Assembly (NCBI RefSeq): GCF_006345805.1
Contig: NC_043006.1
Coordinates: forward strand, 56,730,001 to 56,794,000
Source of the DNA: Octopus sinensis
Lineage: Eukaryota
Direction of reading: 5' to 3'
Length of the DNA stretch: 64,000 nucleotides
In this document: positions 27,106 to 40,983 of the stretch, piece by piece
Position numbering within the stretch: position 1 is the stretch's first letter
Layout of the letters: every line of letters begins with the position of its first letter
Translations under genes and position numbers: made by a program
Notes under the pieces: generated by a model
What the model was told of the DNA's origin: nothing
The model's database searches: none
The model's input: only the letters and a program-made list of their open reading frames with translations

Positions 27106-29345
27106 TATTTCAAAACATTTGCCATAATGGCAGTACACAGATTAAGTTAGCTTTGCGGGCTGGACGAGGACATTAATGAGGTGAATGATAATGAAAGAAA
27201 GATGATAAGGATGGGAGAAGACAGAAAGCGCCCGCCGACTTTTGCTTCTCTAAAACATTGTTCTTTTTAAAAAGATGAACACAAAACGAGGTATTAAACC
27301 TCTTATAATTTTTCCAATTTTTGGACTTAGCAGTCCATTATTAATACAAAACGAGGTATTAATCCTCTTACAATTTTTCAATTTTTGGACTTAAGTCCAT
27401 TACTAATAATACATATCGTCCTCGAAATAGCTTGTGCCCGCGCCCTCCACCATCAACCACGCCTCCCTCAGAACGTAGTCAAGTTCCGAGTTCGCGTCGC
27501 CCGGGACCAAGTTATAATCTTCATTGAGCTCCTTTAGCCCTAGCGTCACGTCGAACGCCACGGCCTCCACAGCTACCTGCGGAGGCCATTCGGGGTCCTG
27601 TGTGAAGGCTAAAGGTGCTCCCTTGTAGTGCTCTTCCATCACTTTTTCAATTTCTTCTCCTCTATAGAAGAGGACCAATACATTCAGTTCTTTAGTTGGC
27701 GGCACAGTTTCCGCCAACGGTATTCCTTCTCTTGTCGGTGGCACAACCCCAACCGACGTAGTTCCGCGACATTCCGGTGCTACACTGACAGCCGGTAATG
27801 TCCCGTTTTTCTTCCTCTTTTTCTTTTTTTTTCCCTTTTCAACTGAGGGAGGGTGCGTCTCCTCCGTGGCTGGAAGATTCGCCTTCCTCTCCTCATCCCT
27901 ATTATCCTTTGGTGAGCACCCATTGTTGCTCACCTTCCTCTTTTGGCCTCTGTTTGAGGAGTCCTCTGCTTTTTCGGCCGTTATCGTTCCCTCTTCTAGA
28001 GGGGTTTTACTTAACTGTTCCGGGATCCTATTTTGTTCCCGAGGACAGTTCTTCTTTATGTGGCCGGACTCCAAGCACCGATGACACTTAGGGAGCGACC
28101 CTCAAGCATCACCGGGTACCTGCACCCGGCCATTTTCAAAAAATCTGGAAGAACCAGATTGGCTGATTGGGTCCACAGGGTCAAAATTGCTTTTGACCCA
28201 ACCCAAGCAGCCGCAGGAAGAACTTTTACATTGAGGAGCTTAGTTTCGCTGTCACCCAGACCCCGGCGGATAGTCTCCTCTATCTACTCGGGTTCTATGT
28301 CGGGTGGCAGTCCGCAGATCCAAGCTTTCATCAATTTCTTTTTTTTGTACGTGGGCAGGAATAAGATTTCCTTACCCTCCAAGGGTTTGCTAGCAAATTT
28401 GCAAGCCTCTTCAGGGGTGTCAAATAGCAACCACACCGTTGCATATTTGACACCCCTGGAGATGAATTTAATTGTTGGCAAATACTCTTCCAACTCCTTT
28501 TCAATTGCCGTCTTTTCGAACAGGGCGATGGTGTCAAGTGCCTTGGAGTAGGTTCTCAACACCACCATCCTATCTTCACGGTCTTTTAACCACTTTTTAG
28601 GTGGTATGATTTCCCACTCCAAAATTTTGTTATTTTTCATTGCCATGTTTTTTTTTAAAATATATTCAAATTAAACTCAAAAGCAGGAAGAAAAAGTTCA
28701 AAAGTCCAAATAAAATTTGATAGATTTTTGAAAAAACAAAAAGGAGAAAGCACAACAGAAGGGAAGAAATTAACGGAAAGTCGCAATAAAGAAAAAAACA
28801 AAAGGGGGGGGGTTAAATGAAGTTCAAAAGAAAGTTAATAAACAGAAAAAAACACAGCAAAAATATTCTGGCCTTGCGGTACTCCCGGCATGGGTTGAAC
28901 CTGGAACGCCGCAACTGCAACACAACCTCCACAAAAATGGGTCCGAAAGGTAATCCAATAGTGGCTTATTTTTATAATTTTCTTGCGAAGTACTCTGACA
29001 AGGGAATAAATTCAACAAACCCAAACACAGCACTGGCTACCGCCAACGGTAATTTTAACAGTAACTGTATTGAATTCTGAGGATACGCCCCTCCACTGTT
29101 TTTTCTTTTTTTTTCAATGAACACAAAAACGGCAGCCGCCGAGAGCAGGCGGAATTGTCTCAGAGTTGGACACAACCTACTGAAATAATAATTGGCACGC
29201 AATAAATTATGCCCAACTCACAATAAACAAAATCACTTACCTCGACAACTTTCCGTTTTTGGTCTTTTTTCTTTAATTGGACAGAGCTGATTGACTCGCG
29301 TCCACTCTGGCTGAACAGGAAGCAGCTGACTAATTGCGCATGTGC
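27106..29345 (-). mobile_element. ORF1-only non-autonomous L1/Tx1-type retroelement A (HAL1-like), 2240 bp
   Basis: Flanked by identical GTTAGCAAGCTACTT repeats (27091-27105, 29346-29360); A-rich 3' end; single ORF1-like frame; no RT or endonuclease. Confidence 0.8.
27403..28646 (-). pseudogene. ORF1p-like protein (putative RRM-like region + CCHC zinc knuckle) of element A; one nonsense codon, one frameshift
   Basis: TAG at 28284-28286 where B has W; 1-nt deletion near 28090 just before KCHRCLESGHIKKNC (CX2CX4HX4C). Confidence 0.8.
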
Positions 29346-29360
29346 GTTAGCAAGCTACTT

Positions 29361-31409
29361 TATTTTATATAATTTGCCACTAGGGTAGCACACAGAGTAG
29401 TAGCTACGGGCTGGACAAGGACATTAATGGATGATGGTGGTGGTGGATGAAGATGGTGATGGGAGAAGTCAAAAGCGCCCGCCGACTTCCGCTTCTCTAA
29501 AACAATGTTCAATAATTACATTTAATGCACAAAATGTTCACAATGATTCAAATTACATATTTTAGAGGAGGCAATAAACCTCCTCTTCAACATGTTACAA
29601 GAATGTTCAACAATTCTCCCCGTCAGGTCCCCGAAGCAAATTGTCTTGCCGCCTGCAGACAACTCTGCGACAAGTCGGGGCCTGCAAAGAGAAAAGTGAA
29701 ATGTTTCCTCTCAAAGGTTTCTGCGACCCTTGACAAAATATCTTCCGTTACTTTTTCCGCAGCTACCCGCGGAGGCCATAACGGACTCCTTGAGCCGACC
29801 GTGCCCTTGCGTTCTCGGTCACCCAAGCCATTCAAAAACCTTTCCACCTCCTCTCCCTTGTGGTAAAGGAGGAGAAGCATCTCCTCTTCACAGGAAGGGA
29901 CCTCACACTGCTCCGTCAGTGGCACACTTCCCACTGGCGGAGCCTTGTCCGCGGGTGGCACACATCCCACCCGCGGCTCCGTCGGCGACACAGAAACGTC
30001 AGTCGTCTGACCTCTCCTTTTTCTCCTCCTTCTTTTGGGGGAGACTGCTGACCCAGGGGACTCCGTCACCAGACACGGGGGATCGCTATCCCCCTCCGCC
30101 ACCTGAGCGTTCTTTGGCGGGCAACCATTGTTGCTCGCCTGTCTCTTTCTTTTCGTGGAGGCAACCTCCTCCACGACTTCCACCGTCTCCCCCTCCAATG
30201 AGGGGGCGGCGGGCGCCTTTTCCCCTTTCTGCTCCGGGGCACCACCACGGCCCCCGGGACAATTCCTCCTGATATGTCCGGGCTTCAGGCACAGGTGACA
30301 CTTGGGGGGGCGACCCTCGAGTATCACCGGGTACCTGTGCCCAGCCATTCTCAGGAAGTCCGGGAATTTCATTTCTCCCACGGCCACCGGTTTCCACAGG
30401 GTCAAAGTTGCCTTTGACCCCTCCCAGGCGACCGCGGAGCCATTTTTACACTCAGTAGCCTGGGTCCGCTATCCCCCAGGCCTCGCCGGATGGTCTCCTC
30501 GATCCATCCCGCTTCCGTGCCCGGGGGCAGCCCACAAACCCAGGCTCTTTTTATCTTTCTGCCACAATACGAGGGGAGGAACAAAATTTCCTCTCCCTCC
30601 AGGGGCTCGCTAGCAAATCTGCTAGCTTCCTCGGGGGTAGCAAACAGCAACCACACCGTTGCAAATTTAGTCCCCCGAGAAATAAACTTTATAGTTGGCA
30701 GGTGGTCCCCCAACTCTCTCTCTATAGTATTCCTGTCGAAGAGGGCGATGGCTCCACGCGACCTAGAATAGGTTCGTAGGACCACCGTCCTCCTCTCAAG
30801 ACCTTCAACCCACTGCTTGGGCGGGACAACCTCCCACTCCAAAGCAGTGGTTTCTTTCGTTGCCATGATTTTAAATGAAAAGAGAAAATGAGTTCAATCA
30901 AAAGTTCAAAGTTCTAAATAAAAGTCCAATAAAAAACACAATGAAAGAACAGAAAGACAGAGCAGAGAAAAGAACGAAGGAAGACAGTTCAGTCAATGGC
31001 AACACAGTTCTGCAACTCTGGTAATCCTAACGAAACAGGGTACTCCAGTCGCAGCACAATTGGTCCTTTCAGCCTTGGTACTCCGTGGTAAATCCAGTGG
31101 AAAACACAAAAAAACAAATTAATTTTTGCGGAGGGGCTACGCCTCCTCAAAAAGCACAATTCTCACTAAAGAGTGAGACCTTAGACACGACAACAGGCAG
31201 AGAAATATAACTGAAGCAAAGTGAAGTCTATTACCCGCAAAAAAATATTAATGCTAGATAACGTTAACTGCTAAATAACATTAAGCAAGCAATAAACTTC
31301 ACTATGCTTCTAAAAATACAGAACGTCTTACTTGTCGCCGAGTCAAAAGTTCAACATTTCACGTTCAAACACGTGACATTTGCAGGAGCAAAAAACAACA
31401 CGTCTGTCT
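29361..31409 (-). mobile_element. ORF1-only non-autonomous L1/Tx1-type retroelement B (HAL1-like), 2049 bp
   Basis: Flanked by 29346-29360 and the diverged repeat GGTAAGAAGCTACTT (31410-31424); A-rich 3' end; 3' UTR homologous to A. Confidence 0.8.
29623..30866 (-). pseudogene. ORF1p-like protein of element B; single frameshift
   Basis: Aligns along its length with the A protein (LEWE..PPK.W, LPTIKFISRG.K.ATVWLLF.TPEEA); KCHLCLKPGHIRRNC knuckle; 1-nt deletion near 30438. Confidence 0.8.
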
Positions 31410-31440
31410 GGTAAGAAGCTACTTACCACACAGCCACTCT
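31410..31440 (-). mobile_element. Displaced 5' end (A-box-like region) of the interrupted SINE
   Basis: AGCTACTTACCACACAGCCACTC matches 59728-59750. Confidence 0.75.
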
Positions 31441-31781
31441 TGTAAGTACAAATTGTAAAACAAAGAGCAAGCAAATACTTAACTGAGGATGCAAATTTGG
31501 TGTTAAAATGTTAAATGATTATCGTATTGTGTAGGGGAGGTAATGCAAAGAGTAAGTACACTAGGGTGGTCTGTATTTATTAGAAGTGGACAAATGCTGA
31601 ATTAACTAAAAGGAGTCCAGAAATAAATTAAAGTGTGATAATCAAACATTCAATATTAATAAAAGGTAAATTGTATTACACAATAAAGATAAAGGTGAAG
31701 ACTGGTTATTAATAAACCTTTATTCTCCGGGGTAAATAAATGAAAGGTGTATGTTATAAGGGGCATGAAGCCGTTTAAGTC

Positions 31782-31827
<46 letters not shown>

Positions 31828-32628
31828 GAATATAAAAATATGATGAATTAAAAGTAAATTGTATTACAAAATAAAGACAAATTCCTTCATTATTAAGGTG
31901 AAGGACCAAAGAGGGATTTATAAGGGGAATGGATACATGCGCACACTATAGTATAAATTTGAGAACGGTCAATATGTAATTATAAGAGGGTGTCATACTG
32001 AAAAGTAATGTAATGAAGTAATAAAATGAAATTAAGTGTGGGAGATGGGTTTTTAAACTGGAAGAGATTTTAGTGTAAGAATATTAATGCTGAATTACCT
32101 AAGTGGGCCTATATAAGTTAATCTATCAAACAAAAATTGTAATTGAACGGTAAATTATGCTAACAATTAGAATCAAAGTCTACTATTATTAAGGTGAAGA
32201 GATATCTAGAGAAAACATGCTTACCTATGTGCAGGCAAGGGCTGTTTCGTTCTTCCCTTAAGTTAATTAATGGGAGTCTGGCCATTGATATTAAAAAATT
32301 GCTATTAATGCTCAGGAGGTATTTATTATTTTTTACATTGTACGAACGATGGTGCCGAAGTAAGGAATTTCAATTCTAAATCAAAGTTAATATCTTTATC
32401 TTTATTATTTATACTAGGTTGTACTGTAGGGGAGAGTTATCTACTACTGGATTAGTATTTTTAGGTGAATTATTATTATGAGGTGTATTGTGATTTAGAG
32501 TGTTGTTATAGTTGGTATTATCATTACTAGGTTTGGATACATGTGATTGCCGTAACCGACGGTGTGCCAGTTTTTTGTGTGTATGTGTGTATAATTAAAA
32601 CAATACGTATACACCCACGTATATATAC

Positions 32629-32689
<61 letters not shown>

Positions 32690-32690
<1 letters not shown>

Positions 32691-32858
32691 TGTTGTGTCT
32701 GGGGAGAGTCATTTTCTTTTTGTGTCTTATAATGTAACACTCACCGGTAAAATTTCCACTTTTTTCTTATTTTTATTTTCCTAAAAAGTGAAATTTTACC
32801 GGTGAGTGTCTTACATTATAAAGCACAAAAATAAAATGACTCTCCCCAGACGCAACAG
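32690..32858. repeat. Small foldback palindrome / MITE (~70-bp arms)
   Basis: CTGTTGTGTCTGGGGAGAGTCATTTT... pairs with ...AAAATGACTCTCCCCAGACGCAACAG. Confidence 0.85.
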
Positions 32859-32915
32859 AATTTGCTTCAACACACGAACTCATATAAAGAATCATGCAAA
32901 CCAAATCCAAAAACG

Positions 32916-32962
<47 letters not shown>

Positions 32963-33144
32963 ACAAGCCTAATGGTATGAATTTTCTAAAACTTCTTTAA
33001 GGACAAATGGTTTTCACAATAAATTCCAATTTAATCGGAATCTCCATGATCTGAAGCATATTTGTAGAAAAGAAATATTTAATTTTCTCAAGATCATGAA
33101 GAAACAAATCTATGGGGCACATTTGTGCAGATATGCCGAAATAT

Positions 33145-33208
<64 letters not shown>

Positions 33209-34280
33209 CATAAGAGGGATCAGCCATCTGAATGTGGCTAGGGTCAGGGCGGGGTGGTGGGGGTGTTACTGATGCATTTAGCCCCAGGCGAACATCGACG
33301 TCACCAGAAGAGCTGACACCATCTCGGTGTCCTTGCCAGCCAGCAAAGGGAGATCAGTCTCCCCGAAGATACGGATACTACACACGGACCGGTTTCGAGG
33401 TTATTGCCTCTTGTCAACGTATGGTAAGCACCGCTCTTCGTTGAGGGACTTCCTCTGCAGGCTGGATATATATAGATTTTCACAGTAACCACAGTCACTG
33501 GCGTATGTCAGATTATTGCACAAGTTCTAGCTGTTTTAATAAGGGAAATCGGAAAGGTTTGAAAGGTTCGACATTTACTTGTATCAAAGAGCACTCTGGA
33601 TCTTTTCTGTTTGATAGACGGAATTTTCTAGTTAACTAAAAAATTTGAAACTTCGTATACTGGTAGAATGTGTCAAAAGAAAACATTATTGTAAACAAAA
33701 TTGAAAACAAAATTGTAATTCGTAACTTAAACGTAGTTTAATTTTACGAATTTTAGCCAATGAAATCCCAACATCTTCGAATTTTAACCAATGAAATCCC
33801 AGCATTGCTGCGTTATCGATATTGATAAAGAAATATAGCAGACGCACGACACACACTCTCTCTCTCTCTCTCTCTCAAATACATGCATATACATTTGCAC
33901 AAGCACATAGTAATTAATATATAAGCGTACACACACATACAAACGGACATATACATACACACACAAGCATACATACACGTTCGTGTGTTGCCACTTGCCG
34001 CAACAAATTTGCACAAAAGGTAAATAAACCAGAAGGGGGGGGTAAATGTTTCATCGTTTCGGGGTCGATAAATTAAGTACCAATTACACACTGGTGTCGA
34101 GGATTATTTTCCCAATTTATATCACAGCTTCCGACAAGCTGGGGGCATCCTTTTATGAAAAAATATTTCGCAAATTTTTACAATACTACTCACACTCCAC
34201 GCGCAAACTTGAGACCGATTTAGGCATATTATTGTTTTGTTTTTGTTGTTTCTGGCCCTTTTTGTTGTTTCGACTTCACT

Positions 34281-34560
34281 AACTGGGAGGAAACGGCAAA
34301 AAACAGACCACTTTGGAAAACTACCATCCATGAGGGAACGGCGACTTTCGAGTCGAAAAGGTCTGCAGAGCTGGAGGAGAAAAGACGACGACGGAAGGGG
34401 CGCCAACAACAACCACGTGCGACTCTCTCTTCTGGCACTAGATGTCCGCACTGCGACCGATCTTTTCAAGCAAGAATTGGTCTTATCGGTCACCTACGGA
34501 CTCACCAGTAAATTTGCGCGAAGACCATCATCCTCGACATTGAGGGATTGCCATCATCAA
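34281..34560 (+). mobile_element. RTE-clade LINE 3' end
   Basis: NWEETAKNRPLWK...RCPHCDRSFQARIGLIGHLRTHQ* (C-terminal C2H2-like motif; stop at 34509-34511). Confidence 0.75.
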
Positions 34561-34663
34561 TCCCATAAGTGTCGCGTGGTTCAAATTGGTGCCGAAGTAA
34601 TTACCAAACTTTCAATTAATGATTTCGCTTGTTTTTTTTTTATTTCAATTTGTACATCAATTA

Positions 34664-34752
<89 letters not shown>

Positions 34753-35399
34753 ATATATATACATACATATATATACATACACCTCTAACAATATATATAT
34801 ATATATACCTTTCACAATAATTGTGTGTTAAAAACTTTGCAGTTTGTTTAATTTTGGGTGATTTCTCACATTAAATTCTTATTAAATGCTTTAAACATGT
34901 TTTGTTGTCGTAATGTCGCCATGAATGTTTTGCCGTCATAAGATTCTAGTCACACACAAAATGACACCTTCCAGATCCTGTTTACTGAACGGGTAAAAAC
35001 TATCAAACTTTAAACTTCTGTAACTTTTTTAAAAAATTTTCCTGGAATGAGTTAATAACGGATGAGGAAGAAGTTATATCATTACACCAAATTTGAAAAT
35101 TTTCATTTAATTTTAAGATTTCATAAAGTATAGCCAAACCGAAAAGATCCTAAAATAACCTCCTTCAGAGATCTTCTTTCATAACCATATACTGTTAACT
35201 TTGAGAAAACTAATACATTTAACGATCGAAAATTTTAAATTTCAGATTAGGACAAGTTTTAGAATCACATTCTTATATAACTATGCTACCAACAAGCATG
35301 CAATACTTAATTTTATACTAATCTAGTTTTTACAAAAGAGCGACAAAGGAAAGTGGAAAAAAGGAGAGAGGAAAAGAGAAAAAAGAAAAGAAAACATCA

Positions 35400-36240
35400 A
35401 TGCAGCACCAAGTGCTTCAATTAGTCGCACACCACAATGTTCAATGTAACGTACTGAAGCAAGCCAGCACGCTCGCAACATTACCATGGGCGGTGGCGAG
35501 GTTAAGGCGTTGGAAAAGACAAGCACCCTCATGGGCATCATCTGAATCTTGGTGAGGCGAGCTGCCAACGATGACAAGAACATCGCTCAGTCCTTCCGAA
35601 TGCCTCAAATGTCACAGGCCCCGGTACTTCAGGATTTTGTTTCGCTCGGAATAAGAAGCAGTAACCCTCCCGTTTACCGTAGCATCAAGGATGTGGGTGA
35701 GAGCAAAAGAGTCACAGAGTGACGTCCCAGATGAGGCACCTATCTCTAATGCCGGGACGGAGGGTAAGACCATCAGAACTAAGGGGATATTAATCCGAGC
35801 AAGAGCCACCTGAAGGATTAGGTTTAGCTCGGTGTGACGAGCGAAACGACCAGCATTTAGGCAGCAAAACAGACCTGTGGCATCGAGGGGCTTGCAACAG
35901 CGACATCTTTGTACCCTACAGATGTCAGGTCCCACTCTGAGTGCGATGGAGATGCGGAGCTCATGTTGATTGAGTAGACCACCAATGTTGGCCACAGGCA
36001 GGGCATCAATCCAGTCCCCTGAGAATTTTGCACTAGCAGAAAGTAGGCGATACCTTGAAAATTGATCGGATTGATCAAGGAGAGAGTTGAAAGAGGTACC
36101 TGAGTGTAGTTGTCCCATACTCTCTAATTCCATCTATCCTCAACTGTAACAGGAACTGACAAACCCAATTCTCTCCACTATAACAAAGCTTCATCCATTT
36201 CCCAGTTGGAATTAGTCCATGTCGGAGTGATTTACGGAAG
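35400..36240 (-). mobile_element. CRE-like RLE non-LTR retrotransposon 3' remnant
   Basis: RLLSASAKFSGDWIDALP...LRISIALRVG...CRC...AGRFARHTELN, and in another frame LFQRLNLATAHGNVASVL. Confidence 0.7.
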
Positions 36241-36599
36241 TTTTCAGTTATGAAAATAAAACCAAAATAATTCGATTTTTACAGCCCGCAGTTAAGAAAA
36301 TGAAGCCAAAATAATTCGACTTTTACAGCCCGCATGTAGTTTAACAAAAAAAGTTCTTCACTAGAATAAGTTTCGGTTAACGTACTGCAGAACATATCAC
36401 ACCGTTTCGAAACTTTATTGATCTAAACCTCCTATTATCCTTCCTATATTCCCTCATATTATAGTTTACAGTACTTTAAACTTAGCATCCGTAGCAAGAT
36501 ATCTTTTATGAACAACGCACTGAAGATAAACAAAGAAAGAAGAATTATATAAATATTTTAAGTGATACATCTAACCAATTTCAATAATAGTTCGCTAAA

Positions 36600-36898
36600 C
36601 TATTGTATCCGTAAAAGGACTTCTAACATTTGTTCATAGGCTTTAGCACTAAATACATATTTTCTATTATATTCATCTCGTGTTCTGTTATAATGCCATT
36701 CTGAGAGACAACGAAGCGTCATTGGCATAAAGCGCTGTTCAAATTTGTTTGCAAATAGTTTCGACGAATTTGTTAATTGTTTCAAATCACCGTGTCCAAA
36801 AACACAAACTGTTCTTAACCACTTTCCATGACAATTGCTTGTCTCAAACTGCCAAAGTTTAAATCTTGAAATTAAACGTTTTTTACGGATTTCTGTCC
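36600..36898 (-). CDS. GCNT: GCNT-family terminal exon 5, right copy
   Basis: CHGKWLRTVCVFGHGDL...LFANKF motif; TTTACAG acceptor in phase 1; TAA stop. Confidence 0.92.
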
Positions 36899-39822
36899 CT
36901 GTAAATATAAGAAATAAATAAAAACATGAATAAAATGAAGCCAAAAAGGAAGAGTGCACAATCAAGTCGATAAAGAAAATTTAAAGTAAATAATTTCAAC
37001 TTAAATCCCATCAAATAAACTTACTAACAAAATTCAACAATTTTTGTGCTGGAGCTGAAACTATTCCGTGTCCATTAATTTGGATCGCTGGTTACGAAAT
37101 TCAAGTTCATATTGAAAGGTTTTTTAGTTACAGAATTACACCCGTTTTTGTTTTTCCAATGGGTTTATGGTACAATAAAGCGCATAGGTTGCAGCATATA
37201 TTACATGAAAATTACTGTATCAACCATATAAGCATAATGTGATATGCGTATATGGACGACTGCGTCGTTCCTTCGAGACGATTAAACTAATGCTTTGTGG
37301 GCGTTACCTCTTATGTTAAATTGTATGATTTTAATGGAACTACATTTATCTGTTAGAAATACCCTTCAAATGCATAAATAATCTGAACAACTCTTGCTAC
37401 CGCAGTGCTAATAAAATCCTCAGCGTTGAATGTATATGCTAATATTCTTATTTCTTTGATTGTCTTCCAAAGCCAACGTAGACAGCTAGTTACCCACCAT
37501 CATAAAATATAGATCTTTGTGTTTCATCAGAAAATGCACCACTATTTAGATAACCTGATTTATGTGATTGAGTTTGCAGTAAAACGACCGTACATAATGG
37601 AGTTGGTGACAGATATGTCTCCTTTTAAATGCTATACGGTCGCATAAGAAGCCAGATACATTGTATAAATGAATAAGTGCTAAAAGGAATAATGAGGACG
37701 CCACAACCGTTCTATTGTTTGAGAGAAGAAAGATTATTTACAGATGTGTACAATAGGATATATTATGGGTGCAAGCAGAATGAATGCGTGCACATGTGTG
37801 TCTGTGTGTACGTTGTAAGTATAACAACGGTGCATGCAATCAAATGTTTGTGTCTGTGTTCGTGTTTGCGTTACAAGAGTGAACATAATTACAAACAAGG
37901 TGTATGCGTGTGAGACAGAATACAATACAGAGCATAGAATGAGTCTCTCAGCAGTCAATTTACCAGTTCGTAGTAAGGTTACAGAATAGTTGTAGTCCTA
38001 TAAAAGAAGTTGAGGTTACGAGGCAGTACCGGTTACTACACGTGCAGAAGTTGTTGTGGATTTCTAGTTAACTAAACACTTTTAAACTTTGTATACTGGT
38101 AGAATGTGTTTATAAAACAGCATTTTTTCTTGGCTTTATTGAGAAAATTCTATATGTTATAACATATTCCCACTTTAAAATCGAGCATTTTGGCAATTTT
38201 AACCAATCGCTCACCTCCATTTGGGGTGAAAAGATTCCGTGATGTATGAATATGCCCCTCGTTTAAGAAACAGATTGGGTTTATTTACATTTTCGGAGAA
38301 AAAAAGCTACCCTTCCCCCACCCCTAACCCTAATCCTAACATAGATTGAAATGCAATAGATCGATACCAGGGCCATAATTATGGGTGACATTTTCATTTG
38401 ACACCGCTAGAAAAAAATCCCATTTTCCGTAGCGGTGTCGTATGAAATTGTCACCCATAATTATGGCCCTGGTATCGATCTATTGCATTTCAATCTATTT
38501 TAGGATTAGGGTTAGGGTTAGGTGTGGGGGAAGGGTATCTTTTTTTCTTCGCAAATGTAAATAAACCTAATCTGTTTCTTAAACGAGGGGCATATTCATA
38601 CAGCACGGTATGTTTTGACTCCAAATGGACGTATTTGATTGGTTAAAATTGTCAAAATGCTCGATTTTATAGTGGAAATATGTTACAAACTATGGAATTT
38701 TCTCAATAAAACCAAGAAAAAATGATGTTTTATAAACACATTCTACCAGTATACGAAGTTTAAAAGTGTTTAGTTAACTAGAAATTGTGTTGACATCTGC
38801 TGTTCAAAAGGAAAAGATCCGTTGTTATTATACCGTGCCGGTTTACTTGATACAGAAATCTCGCAGTCTGACTGAGCTGTTCACCTTGGTGAGTATTCAC
38901 AAGAGCGTATTGCTGTGTACGTATTACTGTTGGTGGAGATGAAGGCGACGGAGATGGAGACGATGTAAAGTTGACCTAAGGCATCGGTGAAGAAAGGCGT
39001 CGTTGCGTTGCTGTATGTTGTCTCGTTGCGGCTGGAGTAGAAACTGGCTGCGTCGCTGGAACATGGCTGAGTCGCTGTGGTCAGAGGTTAGTCCTGAGAA
39101 GGACTAGAACCTAAGACGAGAAATAGTGATTTGCTGGCGCCTTTTACAACCGAAAGTGAGCTCTAGTGAAAACCCAAAAAGACTGTGTCATGGGACCTTA
39201 TCCGAAGGCCGTGATTGGTTGTTTTACACACTGGCGCGAAATAATCAACCAATCAGAGTAGCGGACACAACTGAACCTAAGCAGCCGAAAGATGATTGCT
39301 ATCTAATACGAGGTCATTTCTAATATATCTCTCAAACAGTGAGGATATCACCTAGCTACGCTACAAGTTGTTACTTTTCCTGTTAGCTGCTCGCTTGAAT
39401 AAGGAGTCCAAAATTACATATATTATAAGCTAAGAAGTGCATTCACATTTTTGTCGACATAATCGATTACTAGTTGTCGTTATTGTTTTGTATAGATCGG
39501 CTCTGAATGAGAAGACCCATGAAAATAAATCATTCGAAATGCCTCCATCTTGTCTTTCTTCTCAATCTACATTACTTAAAGTATCCTTATTTATAAGACG
39601 ATTTGTGTGATTTGGAGAACATTTGGCTACTATTTCTAGGCGACCTCATTGAATCGGGTTTCATATTTTTGCCCATGCTCATTCCTTGATTTGTTAGTAA
39701 TGACGTTCTCTAGTTTTCTTCTTTACAAAGTTTCTGATAGCCCAAGCTATTACTACAACAATAAACTGTTGTTAATACGTTCAAATATATAAAAAAAATG
39801 AAATCATTCATTAAACACATAC

Positions 39823-40079
39823 CATTGAAAGAACCAGGTACTCTCAGATGTGGGTTGTGATTCATTGTTGAAAATAATGTTTCATCTGGGTTTCTTGTAT
39901 CCCGAACCCAATTAGTAAAGTCCTGTGATCGGCGATCCATGATAAGAAATTCTACATAACCACGTGATGCTGCAATGTGTACGCTTCCTTTTGAAACTGT
40001 AATGTTATGTGGTGGAGGCGGTTTCAGGCCCATTTGTTGAAATTTAACATAGTGATATTTTGTCCGAAATTCAAAACTT
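39823..40079 (-). CDS. GCNT: GCNT-family exon 4, right copy
   Basis: PPPHNITVSKGS...PDETLFSTMNHNPHL.VPG motifs; canonical AG/GT; phases 2 and 1 agree with flanking exons. Confidence 0.92.
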
Positions 40080-40529
40080 CTGTTAAATAGAGCAGAACAT
40101 GAAAAACAATATGAATCGCAAAAATATATATATACTTAATTTGTCAGAAAAACACTCACTTGTCGGCGAGCGCTTGATCTCAGTCCTTTATTTCTGTCTG
40201 TCTTTCTTTTCCTTTTTTCTTTTCTTTTTCTTTTGCTCATGAAAATATGTTCTGTAAAAGCTGATCCGAGATTTGTGAAAAGCAAAACTGACTGCAGAAG
40301 GAGTTCAAGAAAAGCCCAAATAGATTATATATATATATTCTTTTCTTTTCTAATCTAGGCACAAGAGGTGAAATTTTTGGGGAGGGGAGAGCCAGTCGAT
40401 TTGATCGACACCAGTACACAACTGGTACTTAATTTATCGACTGGGAAAGGATGAAAGGCAAAGTCGACCTCGGCGGGATTTGAACTCAGAACGTTTCTGC
40501 CAGCTCGCCGCCTTAGGTAAAATATATAT

Positions 40530-40983
<454 letters not shown>

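Noticed and set aside
27090-31424. Three spaced direct repeats as a CRISPR-like array
   Set aside because: Eukaryotic context, 2-kb spacers, no cas genes; better explained as target-site duplications.
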